Positions 1 to 11,497 of a stretch of DNA of 64,000 nucleotides are shown here, in pieces. Made by a program: the position numbers and the translations under genes. The notes under the pieces were generated by a model. The model did no database searches. It worked only from the letters and a program-made list of their open reading frames with translations, and was not told the DNA's origin. The stretch is from Diplonema japonicum. Lineage: Eukaryota; Protista; Euglenozoa: Diplonemea. The first letter of the stretch is position 1, and the number at the start of each line of letters is the position of its first letter. The stretch spans positions 992,001 to 1,056,000 of the forward strand of contig OZ025648.1 of the NCBI GenBank assembly GCA_964019335.1, given 5' to 3'.

Positions 1-192
1 CTACGATCCATTGGCCGCGACCACGTCGTTGGCTTTGATAGGAGGGCCCTGTTTGCATCGGGGCTGACGGCGACCAAGCTGAAAGGACTGAGAGAAGATT
101 ACCGGAAAGAAAGGATTGGAAGATATAAACGACAGCTAGGCACTACGGTGGGTAGCAGGGAACGACCCCAAAAGGGGAGCATCATAAGGTAG
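1..192 (+). mobile_element. 3' end of a non-LTR retrotransposon-like ORF, cut by the window start
   Basis: Frame 1 reads LRSIGRDHVVGFDRRALFASGLTATKLKGLREDYRKERIGRYKRQLGTTVGSRERPQKGSIIR*. This aligns with the C-terminus of the ORF at 35698-36663 (LIAIGGKTTMGFARRPIFATHSTHDKLMELKAAYKRDRITRLRKTLKASIGTKAMLQKGSINR*). Confidence 0.65.
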
Positions 193-406
193 GCACGCCG
201 CCGCGGCGGGCCGTTGCTAACCACTTCGTTCCTATCATAGTGAATTTTTTTTTTTTTTTTTGGAAAAAAAGTAGCAATTTTCGGGAGTGTTAAACAGGTT
301 TTAGAGATACGAGGCGTTAGTTTTTTCTTCCCGAGGAATTTTTTAGACGTAATAAAAAAAAAAAAAAAAAAGAATGTGCGTGAATTCCTATTTTTTTTTT
401 TATATA

Positions 407-2044
407 CTGTAAAACGAAAAACTCCCGGACGGAAAAATGTCCGAGTTTTTTTGGCGTCCGGGAATTTTTCCGTCCGGGAGTTTTTCCGTCCGGGAATTTT
501 TTTTAGGTAAGGCCGTCAGGGGGCCTGGTTCACTACCACCTACATACTGGCCTGGGCTGCAAACGGCAACCGCGCGAAGAAACCCCCAGGGTTCCCTTTC
601 TGCATCTTTGTCCTCCCTTGCTGCCCCTGAGGCAATCAGCTTGTCGAGCCTTCGTGTGGCCTACTACCTTTCTTAATAGATGCTTTACAGCTGCGTTCAA
701 CCCAATATCCATCGGTTGAACCATGTAGGTGAGCCCAGGGGGACAAAAGCAATGTGCACGTTTGCGCCTGCGAACCACTCTACGAACCCATAGGCATAGG
801 TCGTATGAGAGTTGTGGTCGCCGACAAGCAGCAGAATCGGCCCGTTCGGCAAAACCATGGGAATCGATGATTTATAGCAAAAAGGAAGAAACAGCTCCGT
901 AACCCAGATACCGAGTATCATAATTAGCCCAATGATTGGGCGATGCCGTTAGGCTCCATTCGGTGGGCGGGTGCTTGACCGGGGCACGGATAATCCCTGC
1001 CGGTTGCGTTTCCGCTTTGCCTTTGTATTTAACCATCCAGCCAAGGAAACAGCCAGCTGTTCGGTTATAGCCCGTTTTGTCCCCCAAGCCACGGACTTTT
1101 ACGACCTTAGCACCCCCTTTTTTTTGTTTTGGTTTTTAACCCCGTATTCCAGACACCAATTCCGGCCTTACTTTATGGGTGTCGATTATGGACCTGAATT
1201 CCATGGTGAAACAGCGTGCCTTCTCGTTGTCCTTCTCGTTTCCGGGCTTTCCGGAGGTGGCTTGCGGCTTTTGTCTTTCTTGCTGCAAAATTTTGTCAGC
1301 CTAGCCAGTGGAAAAGGACAGTGCCCCACCAAAGTCTACCAGTCTGTCTTTCGGGCTGGATTGGCGCACAGCAGCCCTTCTGCATAGGTGCATATTTGTT
1401 GTGCTGGGATAGGCTCACCAAGCCCGTTTACCTATCGACTCAAGCAAAAACCTTTCAGCCCCCGAAGGATGCTAAATCCCGTATTGGGCGATACGCAGCT
1501 ATCACGGCGTCGCGGCGGCCAGGGTGTGGTTGGGTGGAATAGCAACGTCCAGTATTTCCGTCTGGAAGAAACCGGGGGCTCTGTTGAACCTGTTGCTGCC
1601 GTCTTCTGACCGAGGCAGAGGCCGCCAAGCTGCTTTCGGGGGTTTGTACTGGCCCGGTGTAAGGAGTTTATCTCCTCCACCTCTCGGGGGTGAGCTGGCC
1701 GGGGGTGTCAGCACCAAAGTTGGGCCCCTCACAAGCCAGCTGCTCAACGTGCCATGGGTAGTCGAACTGGTCAATTTGACGAAAGAAGTACGGGTTTATG
1801 AGAAGTTAAAGATCCCGTGGGTGCTGTTTGTTGGTGCATTGAAAGGGGAAGAAAAATTCAAACTGCCACGCAGGGTGACATTTTGGCTCTGCACAAGGAA
1901 TAAAGCCCTTCCAGGCAAACGTGGTGGGAGCTGCTACCCCCCTTAAGTAAAAAAACTTCTTCCCAGAAAAACTCCCGGACGGAAAAATGTCCGGGTTTTT
2001 TTGGTGTCCGGGAGTTTTTCTGTCCGACATTATTCGTTTTACAG
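407..2044 (-). mobile_element. pogo/Tigger-type (Tc1-mariner superfamily) DNA transposon with degenerate transposase, copy 1
   Basis: TIRs CTGTAAAACGAA...TTCGTTTTACAG, TA on both flanks, and subterminal CCGGACGGAAAAA repeats. Frameshifted DDE_1-like remnants on the minus strand: GAKVVKVRGLGDK, ASPNHWAN, PILLLVGDHNSH, PPGLTYMVQPMDIGLNAAVK. Confidence 0.85.
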
Positions 2045-2341
2045 TATATTTTTTTTTTTTAATATTATGCAAAATGAGTTGTAATCAGTTACCCCGTGCT
2101 CACCACCTCCTATTCAGTCAGGAGGGAGAAAAGGGAGAAGAACGAGGAATATTTTTTTTGTGCTTTATTTGCTTTTGTTTTTTTTTATTCTTTCTTTTCT
2201 TTTATCTTCTCCCCCTCATCCCCCACTCACCCCTCCCCATATTTTTTTTCTGTTTTTATATGAGAGACCAGCTCAGTTTGAGAACTAAAGGCACGATCGA
2301 AAACGAAATTTAAGTGAAGAAAACAGCTACCTAAGAGGGGC

Positions 2342-2399
<58 letters not shown>

Positions 2400-3671
2400 C
2401 AAAGAGAAGAAAGTGAGTGTCAAGCAAACTGCAGTTCACCATCCTGCTTCATTGCAGGAGGGAAATAAAAAAAAAAGTAAGAAAAGGAGAAGAGAAAGAA
2501 ATTGTTACTAAAACAAAGAAACCTTTTGCAATTCTTTTTTTTTTTTTTTTTTTTTCATTCTTTCCTCCTTATAGAACAGTGGAAGAATTAGTACTCTAAT
2601 CAGTGCATTCTTTTGTAATTAAACACTGGGCAATGCTACAGAAAAAAAGATTTTTAAAAAAAAAAAAGGAAAAAAAAAAAACTAGGGAACTATTGGGGTA
2701 GACAAGGATGAACCCAGGATGCCATGTGCCTCGAAAAGCTTTTTTGTTTTTTAAATCCCAAAAAGAAAAAAAAGCCCCCCCCTTCCCCTCCCCTGTTCTT
2801 TTTTTGTTTTTGTTTTTGTTTTTGTTTTTTTCCTCTTTCTATGTGTGGCGTGCAATATACCAAACTTTTCAAAGGAAAAAAAAAAAAAAGAAAGAAAGAA
2901 AGAAAGAAAGAAATTGGAAATTTAAGCCGTTTTACGGTGGTGGTTCGTTGCTAGCCCACCCATCTCAAATCGGCTTTTTTTTTTCTCTTCTTTTTTTTTT
3001 TTAAATTTCGTTGGGAGCGGTGCCAGTCAAAACCTTTTGTGGAAGCTTATTGAGGGAGTACTTTTTTGGGGAAAATTTTGACGCCTTCCTTTTTGCTGTT
3101 TGTTTGTTAACCGGGGCCTGAAGGCGGGGGGGGGGGGGGGGGGGGGGCAAGAGCAAGCAAAAAGCAAAAAAAAAAAAAAAAAACAATAATAGAAAGAAAC
3201 AATAAAAAAGGGAAAGAAAAAGAGGAAGAGGAAAAAAAAAAGGGGGGTGGCAAAGGGTATACATATTTACGATCCCTTCTTTTTTTTTTTTCCTTCTTCC
3301 TTTTGTATTTTTTTTCTGAAAGAAAATCGCTATGCAAGATCTTTCCTTCTTTTTTGTTATAAAATATTTATCTTTTCAAAAAGTGATTTTATTGCTATAT
3401 ATGTGCAACTTGAGCCGAGCAAAAGACTTTCACAGCTTCTTAAAAAAAATCTTTTCTTGCTCGTGCGAACAGCAAAGACTTATAGTCATAAAGAATTATC
3501 TTTGACCCTTTCAGTACAGCAGTCCTCAACTCCCCCTTCCCACCCGTGCGTAACCTCAACCTATCCAAACTCCCCTTCTTTTTTTTTTCCTAAATATATA
3601 TATATTTTTTTTTAATCCAGATACAAAAAAAAAAAAAAAAGGAGCAAAGGAAAAAAAAAAAAAAAAAAAGA

Positions 3672-4798
3672 ATGCGGCTAGGAAATCGAACCCTTGCACC
3701 GGACAGGAGGGTCCTTAAGGGGCACAAAGTTACAGAAATTCTGAATCAGTACAACCCGGCCAACCCAGCTGTGGGGAAACGGCCTTACGGGATGCATGGG
3801 GAAGCAACAGTGGAACAGTACAGGCTGGGCTACCGTCAGAAACTAGTTGTGGGTGATGAGCTGAACCCTGTGCACACGAGAAACTGGAGGAGATACGAGG
3901 TGTCTCCAAAGGAAAACCGAAACAACCCGGACAGCTTTCACTACGAACACTACAAGCACGGGGGCAAAGCTTACAAGCAAGTGTTCCTCGAAGATATGCA
4001 ACGGTTAATGGAATTCCCCGAGAAGGGCCTCCTTGTGGTGGACGTACGGAGCAACATGGACATGGTGAAGCACCACATCCCGTTCTCAATTAGAATACCC
4101 ATGGAAGAGGTGAGCTATGCATTACAGCTGACCCCTGAGCAGTTCACATCAATGTACGGGACTGGGGACATCGAGAAGGGTTTGGAAATTGTTTGTGTAT
4201 CGCACGATGGGATCTCCTCCGAGAAAGCCTTGAAGGAGTTCGAACGGTGGGGCCATGCACCTGAGAACCTCTACAACTTCCGGGGTGGGACAAACATGCT
4301 GTTTAATGAAAGTCTGACCGACTGGGGCTCAAAGGTGGAGGATGTGGATGCGTCCTCTTTTGCAGACGGGAAGTACCCTATCTCCCGCCCTGACTATCTC
4401 AGCACTGTCGGCCCGCTTCATGAAAAATTCTGGCCCTACCCAGCGGAAGGGTATGATGAGCAGATCCGGCGTGACTCCGAAGGGACCTGGGAGTACAAGG
4501 TCAAACCCGATACAACGCAACCTGTGGGGAAGCACCCCCGAAAGCAGCACGCTTACATGCAGCAGATCGACGGGCAGTGGCTACGGGCGCGGTTTACTGT
4601 ATGGGGCGGGGAGGGGAGGGGGGGTTGTCAAAAAAAAAATATTAAAAAAAATATTCAAAACAGTCCGACATTCAGTGGTACGACTTCTCCCACAGGGAGT
4701 CGAGGTTCCGGTGGAGGGACCCCGACCTCGCGCACGACCGTGCCTTCCGGCCATCCGGCTTCCGATACAACCAGTTCTGGCGAACAGTTCCGCAGTAG
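3672..4798 (+). CDS. Rhodanese-like domain protein, probably catalytically inactive; intron 4599-4663
   Basis: Motifs LLVVDVRS..HIPFSIRIP and NFRGG. Removing the GTATGG...CAG intron gives ...RARFT|SDIQWYDF...RTVPQ* in place of the poly-Lys read-through. Confidence 0.75.
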
Positions 4799-4893
4799 AA
4801 GAGGAAAAACAAAAAAAAAAAACAAAAAAAAAAAAAAAGAAGAAGTGTGTTTGGCAGTGTTTTCCCCTTTCTCCTCCTCTTTTGTTCCAAAGG

Positions 4894-4928
<35 letters not shown>

Positions 4929-5002
4929 CACAGGGGGAGGGCAGTGGGGAGGGGGAGGAAATTAAAAAAAAAATATAAAAAAAAAAAAAATAAATATAAA
5001 AG

Positions 5003-6735
5003 ATGTTGATGGCATCAGGGAGGGTGAGGCAGAAGGGCCCGACGACTACAGTGGCCCCGACGAAGAAAGAAGAAATGTCGAGGTCGAAGCAGCTGGACAA
5101 CTACATCTCGGGGAGAGACTTCACAGGAGCGGTAGCGCTGCTGGAGTTCCACAAGCAACAAGGCCAGAAGATAGAGGACTACGCGGTGGGCCCATGGCTC
5201 GCCTACTGCGCCTTCCACCTCGGCGACTACACAAAAGCCTTGGAGGTGTACAACGAACTCCTCCTCGACGACGACGTCGACCCAACCTTAAATGTATACG
5301 CAGCATGCTGCAACTTCTACTTAGGACAGTTTAAAGAAGCGGAAGAGGCTGCCTTAAAAGCCCCAGTAAGCACACTCCAAAACCGTTTACTCTTCCACGT
5401 CGCGCACAAGAGCAACGATGACAACAAGCTCATGGTGTACCACCAGAAGCTGCAGGAACAACTTTTAGAGGACCAGCTGTCCCTGGCGGCCATCCACTAC
5501 TTCAGAAATCATTTCCAAGAAGCCACAGACATCTACAAACGCATTCTTTTAGACAATCGAGATTATCTTGCTCTTAATGTATACGTCGCTCTGTGCTATT
5601 ATAAACTGGAATATTATGACGTCTCCCTTGAGGTTTTGAATGTATACCTTGCTGCGCATCAGGACAGCGCGATCGCGATCAACCTAAAAGCCTGCAACCA
5701 TTACAGGTTGTACAACGGCAAGGCTGCCGAGGCTGAACTGAAGGTTCTTGTGGACTTACAGTCCGCATCGTACAACGTCGAAAACGACTTGGTAAAGCAC
5801 AACCTGGTGGTTTTCAGAGGCGGTGACAACGCGCTTCAAGTACTACCCCGTCTTCTGGATGTGGTACCCGAAGCAAGGCTGAACCTGGTTATATACTACT
5901 TGAGGAATGATGAGGTGAAGGAGGCGTACGAGCTGATAAAGGACTTGGAACCACTCACACCGCCTGAATACGTTTTGAAGGGTGTTGTAAATGCTTGTAT
6001 TGGACAGGACACCGGCAACAGGGATCACATTAAAACGGCGCAGCAATATTTCCAGCTTGTCGGGGCGTCGCACAGCGAGTGCGACACCATACCAGGGAGG
6101 CAGTGCATGGCGTCGTGCTTCTTTTTGCTGAAACAGTACGAGGATGTCCTCATCTATCTGAACAGCATCAAATCGTATTTTTTCCAAGACGATACCTTCC
6201 TTTACAACTACGGTCTGGCGTTGGCCAACACCGGACAGTGGGGCGAGGCAGAACAAGCATTATCCGCCATACAAAGTGAGAAGTACAAATCAGAGTACTG
6301 CTACTTAGCATGGCTGGCAAGGTGTTACATATACATGAAACAGCCGAAGAAGGCTTGGGAGCTGTACCTTAAAATGGACACCAGGAATGAATCCTTCAAT
6401 CTGCTGACACTAATCGCCAACGACTGCTACAGAGTCGGGTGCTTCTACCACTCCGCAAAAGCATTTGACGTCCTTGAGAGACTGGACCCGAACCCGGAGT
6501 TTTGGGACGGTAAAAGAGGGGCTTGTATTGGAGTGTTTCAGCAGGTATACAATGGAAGGGGGGTTGTGGGGTAAAAAAAAAATTTTTTTTTAAATAAAAG
6601 GTGATCGCTCAACAAGAACCTTCAGACGCGCTCCGAGATGTTTGCAACATGCTGAGAAACACTCAAAACACGCAAGTTGAGGCGATTATTAAAATAATGC
6701 GCAATTGGGCTCGTGAAAACGGGGTCAAAATCTAA
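5003..6735 (+). CDS. TTC26: Intraflagellar transport protein 56 (TTC26/DYF-13); intron 6545-6600
   Basis: TPR-rich protein with [18 protein letters not shown] and [28 protein letters not shown]. The spliced C-terminus is [44 protein letters not shown]. Confidence 0.93.
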
Positions 6736-7332
6736 AAAAAAAAAAAAAAAAAAAAAGGAAAGGTGTGAATACAATTTTTTTTTTTACCCCGTACCCTGCG
6801 GTTTTGTTTTTTTGTTTTTTTTTACCCCTCTTCCCCTTACGTAACTTAACGGCCAGAAAATGGTCTTCTTTTTTTTTTTTGCCCCCCTCCCCTCCCCTTC
6901 CCTTCCCTTCGCGTGGAAAAAGAAAGTGGAAGAAAAAAAGAATATTAGAAATGTGAAAAGACGAAAAAATCGAGGGGGGGAAAGTGGGTGCCAAGGAGGG
7001 AAGCCATGGCTTTTTTTTTTCTTTTAACGGGGTCCTGTGATTTTCTGCAGGTTCCCTTCAAGACACGCGACCCCTCTATTTTTTTCTGTTTCTTTCTAGA
7101 GTGTTTTTTTTTTCTTTTTTAAGGGGAAGGGGGGGGGCATAGAAATATAGTTTTGTGTGTGTTTTTTTTTAAAAATATTTTCTTATTATTTATTTATTTG
7201 TTATCCTCCCCCTCCCCCTTTGACCCCCTAACCATTTAATGAAGGATTTTTTTCCCCGCCCCCCCCCTTTTTTCCCCCCTCTTGATTAGAAGCCGATTCA
7301 GGTAAATTTAAAAAAAAAAAAAACAAAAAAAC

Positions 7333-7530
7333 ATGGGTGGTTCCAAGAACTCTCGCAAGGGAAGCAGGCAGGCGAAGCAGATCAAGCTCTCCAAAGAGCA
7401 CCGGAACCCCAGCAAGGAGCATGGGAGCGACAGGGCGGCAGTTAGGGGCTTCATCGCCAATGCCACTTCGACAGACGGTGCCTACGGGAGGAAGGACAGG
7501 TACCTGTGGGTGAACACACCCGTGGCGTGA
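7333..7530 (+). CDS. 65-aa basic protein, probable divergent 60S ribosomal protein eL29, tandem copy 1
   Basis: The protein is identical in three copies while the spacers diverge. Its SKN..SRK..R..IK...R..S..G.D...R pattern resembles eL29. Confidence 0.6.
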   Translation: MGGSKNSRKGSRQAKQIKLSKEHRNPSKEHGSDRAAVRGFIANATSTDGAYGRKDRYLWVNTPVA

Positions 7531-7825
7531 AGCTAAGGCTTTTATTGTTGTTTCAGCTCTACTCCTGCCGTTGTTTGCCTATCTTTAGTTTTTTTTTTTC
7601 CCACACGTCTCCCTCTCTTCCTAACCTTAAATTGAAATCTTATCGAGTTTTCTTCTTTTTTTTTTTTTGTACGGCTAAAAAGAGCAAAAAAAAAAAGTAA
7701 TTTCCGCATAATTACTACCCTCTAACCTCTCCGTTTTTTGGTGCCTTTGTATTTCTTCTTTTTCTTCTTTCTCTATTCTGGTTTTCAGGCAAAACACAAA
7801 AAAAAGAAAAAAAAAAAGAAAAAAC

Positions 7826-8023
7826 ATGGGTGGTTCCAAGAACTCTCGCAAGGGAAGCAGGCAGGCGAAGCAGATCAAGCTCTCCAAGGAGCACCGCAAC
7901 CCCAGCAAGGAGCATGGGAGTGACAGGGCGGCAGTTAGGGGCTTCATCGCCAATGCCACTTCGACAGACGGTGCCTACGGGAGGAAGGACAGGTACCTGT
8001 GGGTGAACACACCCGTGGCGTGA
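7826..8023 (+). CDS. 65-aa basic protein (eL29-like), tandem copy 2
   Basis: Same translation as copy 1 with only synonymous differences. Preceded by a pyrimidine tract, CAG and an A-tract. Confidence 0.6.
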   Translation: MGGSKNSRKGSRQAKQIKLSKEHRNPSKEHGSDRAAVRGFIANATSTDGAYGRKDRYLWVNTPVA

Positions 8024-8307
8024 AGCAAAGATTAGTAACAAAGCAATAAACTACTTTTATTGTTTCAGCTCTACTCCTGCCGTTGTTTGCCTATCTTAGT
8101 TTTTTTCCCCTCCTTCTCCCTCTCTTCCTAACCTTTTTCCTTTTTTTCTTTTGTACGGCTAAAAAAGCAAAAAGAAAAAGCAATTTCCGCATAATTGCAA
8201 CTCTCTAACCTCCGTTTTTTGGTGCCTTTTCTTCTTCTTTTACTTCTTCCCCCTGATTTTTTTATTCTGATTTTCAGGCAAAAAAAAAAAAAAAACAAAA
8301 AAAAAAC

Positions 8308-8505
8308 ATGGGTGGTTCCAAGAACTCTCGCAAGGGAAGCAGGCAGGCGAAGCAGATCAAGCTCTCCAAGGAGCACCGCAACCCCAGCAAGGAGCATGGG
8401 AGCGACAGGGCGGCAGTTAGGGGCTTCATCGCCAATGCCACTTCGACAGACGGTGCCTACGGGAGGAAGGACAGGTACCTGTGGGTGAACACACCCGTGG
8501 CGTGA
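8308..8505 (+). CDS. 65-aa basic protein (eL29-like), tandem copy 3
   Basis: Same translation as copies 1 and 2. Start-to-start spacing is 493 and 482 bp. Confidence 0.6.
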   Translation: MGGSKNSRKGSRQAKQIKLSKEHRNPSKEHGSDRAAVRGFIANATSTDGAYGRKDRYLWVNTPVA

Positions 8506-8744
8506 AGCACAAAAAAAACAAAAAGAAGAAACTAACGTCCCCCTTCACCCCCCTGCTCAACTTGAAAACATTTCTACACGCAAAAAAAGAAGGAAAAAGA
8601 AAACCTGATTACCCCTTTTATGTCTCTATCTTCCCCATTCGTGCTCGTAACCTAACCTCCTTTCGATGCATATTTGCGAATTACCCCCCCTCTTTTTTTG
8701 AAAAAAAATTGAATTGAAACTTTCCGTATAATGTCATTCAGCAC

Positions 8745-9383
8745 ATGGAGTCAGTCGAAAAGACGCCCTTTGCCTGGGGGGGCACTGCTGTGTCGTTGCT
8801 ACGGACAAGCAGAAAAGCAGATTTGAACGGAGACAGGCTGCCGGGGTACGCTGCAGATGAGATCAGGGAGATACGTGACGAAACGAAAACGCAGGTCGAG
8901 AAGTCGATGAACATGAGAGAGAACCCACATGTTGACATGAGCAAGGAGGGGGGCTTCTACCCGGCCCACACGATCGCATGCGAGGCGGCCTTGCGGAACA
9001 AGAGGGTTCTTCACTGTTACGAGAATATGCGCCGCATAGCGATGTGTGACGCCTACTGGCAGGTGGGGCAAAATCTCCCGCAACACACAATGACCTCCCT
9101 CTCCCCTGGTGAGTCGAACTTCTACCGGGCGTACTCCTCGTTATGCTCTGCCTACATGGAGTCTCAGAACCTCAACCTTCGATCTAACCTGTACCACCCT
9201 CCTCAGGTTACTGACATGGTGTATGTACGGGGGCTGAAGGAGTGCACCTACGTGTCGGCGGAGACGTTAGAGGAGATCAAAATCAAAAAGGGAAAGTTCT
9301 TCGTCGTGACGCAGGAGGAAGCTACCATCCTGATGCAGCAGGGCAGTGTCGAACCGGTGATCGAGGGGTGCGTGAAAAACTAG
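8745..9383 (+). CDS. GINS1: GINS complex subunit Psf1
   Basis: LRNKRVLHCY, LSPGESNFYRAYSSLCSAYM, and a C-terminal B-domain (PPQ..MVYVRGLKEC...LMQQGSVE). 212 aa. Confidence 0.82.
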   Translation: MESVEKTPFAWGGTAVSLLRTSRKADLNGDRLPGYAADEIREIRDETKTQVEKSMNMRENPHVDMSKEGGFYPAHTIACEAALRNKRVLHCYENMRRIAMCDAYWQVGQNLPQHTMTSLSPGESNFYRAYSSLCSAYMESQNLNLRSNLYHPPQVTDMVYVRGLKECTYVSAETLEEIKIKKGKFFVVTQEEATILMQQGSVEPVIEGCVKN

Positions 9384-9536
9384 ATTTTTTTTTATTTACT
9401 ATTTGTATTTGGTTTTTATGTTAGAATTTAGTTCTCGGCTACCCAAACAGCTCCTTATTTAGAGAGACTGCGACCAACCCAGTTTACTTCTCAAAAAAAG
9501 AAAAAGAAGAACAAAAAAAAAAAAAAAAAAAAAAAA

Positions 9537-10520
9537 ATGGGAACCAACCAATCGTCGCCCATGGAACTCACTGCGTTCCAAGCCACGCAGCAAAACACAA
9601 AGACACAAAGGTACAGAGACGCGGGCAACACAATGGTCCAAAACGGTTTGGGAAAGGTGGTGCTGGACCTGGAGCTCGAGCGACGGCAGTACGAGGCAAG
9701 AAGATCCGCACAAATGAGAAAAGCGGCCATCGGCTACGAGAGGGTCTCGTGGGGAAGGGTGCTCGCAAGGTATTACCTACGGTGGTTGAAAAAGGTGATC
9801 CGCACTGGCAGGAGGAAGCTCCTCGCCAGCACTAGAAGAAAATACACAATCTGCCACAACCTCGAACAACAAAACTACCGCACCGCTCTGCTCAAATATT
9901 TCAAAAAGCTCTTCTACTGGAAGGTCGTCAAGCTCCGTCTTCCGACAACAGCCGACCTGCTCAACGATCTCGAGTCAGTTATTAAGGAAAACACAACATT
10001 AACATTAGAGGCTGAAGCGTTGCGTTTCGAGTTGTCAGATGAAAGGGAAGGGATGATGAAGCTTGAGAGGGACAATGAAGCGGGTAAGGAGCTGTTGAGA
10101 AGGGAGGAAGCCAAACGAGAAGCGGGCGAAAGAATGTGGGAAAACACGATTGCCGTCCACAAGAAAGAAATCGAGTCCTGCCGAGAGGTAGTTCAGCAGC
10201 AGCAGGAACAACAGCGGAAAACCCACGAAACGTCCAACACCATCACACCGCAGAGCTCCCTTATTGTAACCTCACCCCGTCCCCACACAGAGCTAACCTT
10301 CCAAGCCCCTGCTGTATATGTGCCTAAGCCCATTGAACTGACAGGCGTTTACAAACAAACTCCAAAATATCTCCCGCACCCATGTTCAAGAAAACCCGGC
10401 ATTACCGCGGAAGAAATGACACAGAAGATGAAAGCGAACCAACACCAACGAGCATCCGTGATGCTCAACGCACACAAGAACAAGATAGATAGGTTTTACA
10501 ACCGCATCTCCGTCTCTTGA
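9537..10520 (+). CDS. Hypothetical coiled-coil protein
   Basis: 327-aa ORF after an A-tract, with an E/K/R-rich helical middle section. Confidence 0.7.
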   Translation: MGTNQSSPMELTAFQATQQNTKTQRYRDAGNTMVQNGLGKVVLDLELERRQYEARRSAQMRKAAIGYERVSWGRVLARYYLRWLKKVIRTGRRKLLASTRRKYTICHNLEQQNYRTALLKYFKKLFYWKVVKLRLPTTADLLNDLESVIKENTTLTLEAEALRFELSDEREGMMKLERDNEAGKELLRREEAKREAGERMWENTIAVHKKEIESCREVVQQQQEQQRKTHETSNTITPQSSLIVTSPRPHTELTFQAPAVYVPKPIELTGVYKQTPKYLPHPCSRKPGITAEEMTQKMKANQHQRASVMLNAHKNKIDRFYNRISVS

Positions 10521-10699
10521 TTTTTTATTTTTATTTTTCTTTAGTATTTATAGCTACGTTGTCCTGCCAAGGAAGCCCTCTGAGTTCCTCGCCACCATTC
10601 TCTGTTGCGAAAGCTTTGGTCCCGATTGGCTGCCTTCCGCAAAGTGTGCTGCACAGCTCTGCGACTCTACGCCGTCCACACAGGGCAACGTGCCTACAG

Positions 10700-10980
10700 T
10701 CCAGATGGCATAGTCATTTGAAAGCGACGTTGCCTGGGGCAGAAATTATTTTTGCTGGACTATAGTGCACGGTATAATTTCCTGTCACGTGGTGGTTCGG
10801 CTAGCGCTAACTGGTGCACTGCCGAAGCTGCTGTCCTCGTGGTTGTTCGAGTGCAGAGGGGAGAACGGATTGATCACGTATCATACGACCTACTTCATTT
10901 CTGATCACATGAAGCAGGATCACGTATGGACCATCACCGCTCTCGAGCGCCTGAAGGAGGAGTTCCCCAGGCTGTGCTTG
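10700..10980 (+). pseudogene. Possible degenerate transposase-like fragment
   Basis: YHTTYFISDHMKQDHVWTITALERL resembles the ISD-x3-HD motif recalled from some DDE-type transposon proteins. No intact ORF and no paired termini found. Confidence 0.25.
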
Positions 10981-11322
10981 CCTGGTTGGCGGGGCGAGAC
11001 AAGAAGGTGGTATAGAACTTCTTTCCCACCACCACGGGAAGGGCCTCTACGACTCAGAGGGAGGGGCCCTCAAGCACCATGTGGACGACAAACTCCTATT
11101 TCAAGGAAAAACAGGCTGGAGAAATCATAACTAACCCCAGCCCTCTCATTGAGAATGCACGGAACATGTATGATGAGGCCAAGAAGTGGTGCTCCAAAGT
11201 CCCCCCCAAGGAAGAAATGCGTCAACCGCGTCACCAGTCGCAACTGCGTCCTTGAGTCTGACGGGATTTCATGGAGGGGGCATCTGTAGTCCGACAGACA
11301 AAGTAAGGCAAATCACCAAAAC

Positions 11323-11357
<35 letters not shown>

Positions 11358-11497
11358 AAATAAAAAATTCCATATGTCGGACATTGGGCCCCGGGCGCAA
11401 ATAAATCCATTCCAGCCCTAGAAAAAGCAATTAGAATTTTTTTTTTTAAATCAATCCCACACAGTAGTGTGTACTACCCCCCGCAAAAAAAAAAATA

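Noticed and set aside
421-500. Short CCGGACGGAAAAA repeats that could suggest a CRISPR array
   Set aside because: No unique spacers and mixed orientation. They are subterminal repeats of a eukaryotic transposon.
2050-3660. Many Phe-rich or Lys-rich ORFs here and in other spacers
   Set aside because: These are translations of A/T/G/C homopolymer runs with no coding signal.
4599-5009. ORF-track C-terminus overlapping the IFT56 start, and similar poly-Lys inserts in RPN12, the K+ channel and PPIL1
   Set aside because: Explained by read-through of GT-AG introns. Splicing restores sensible protein sequence.
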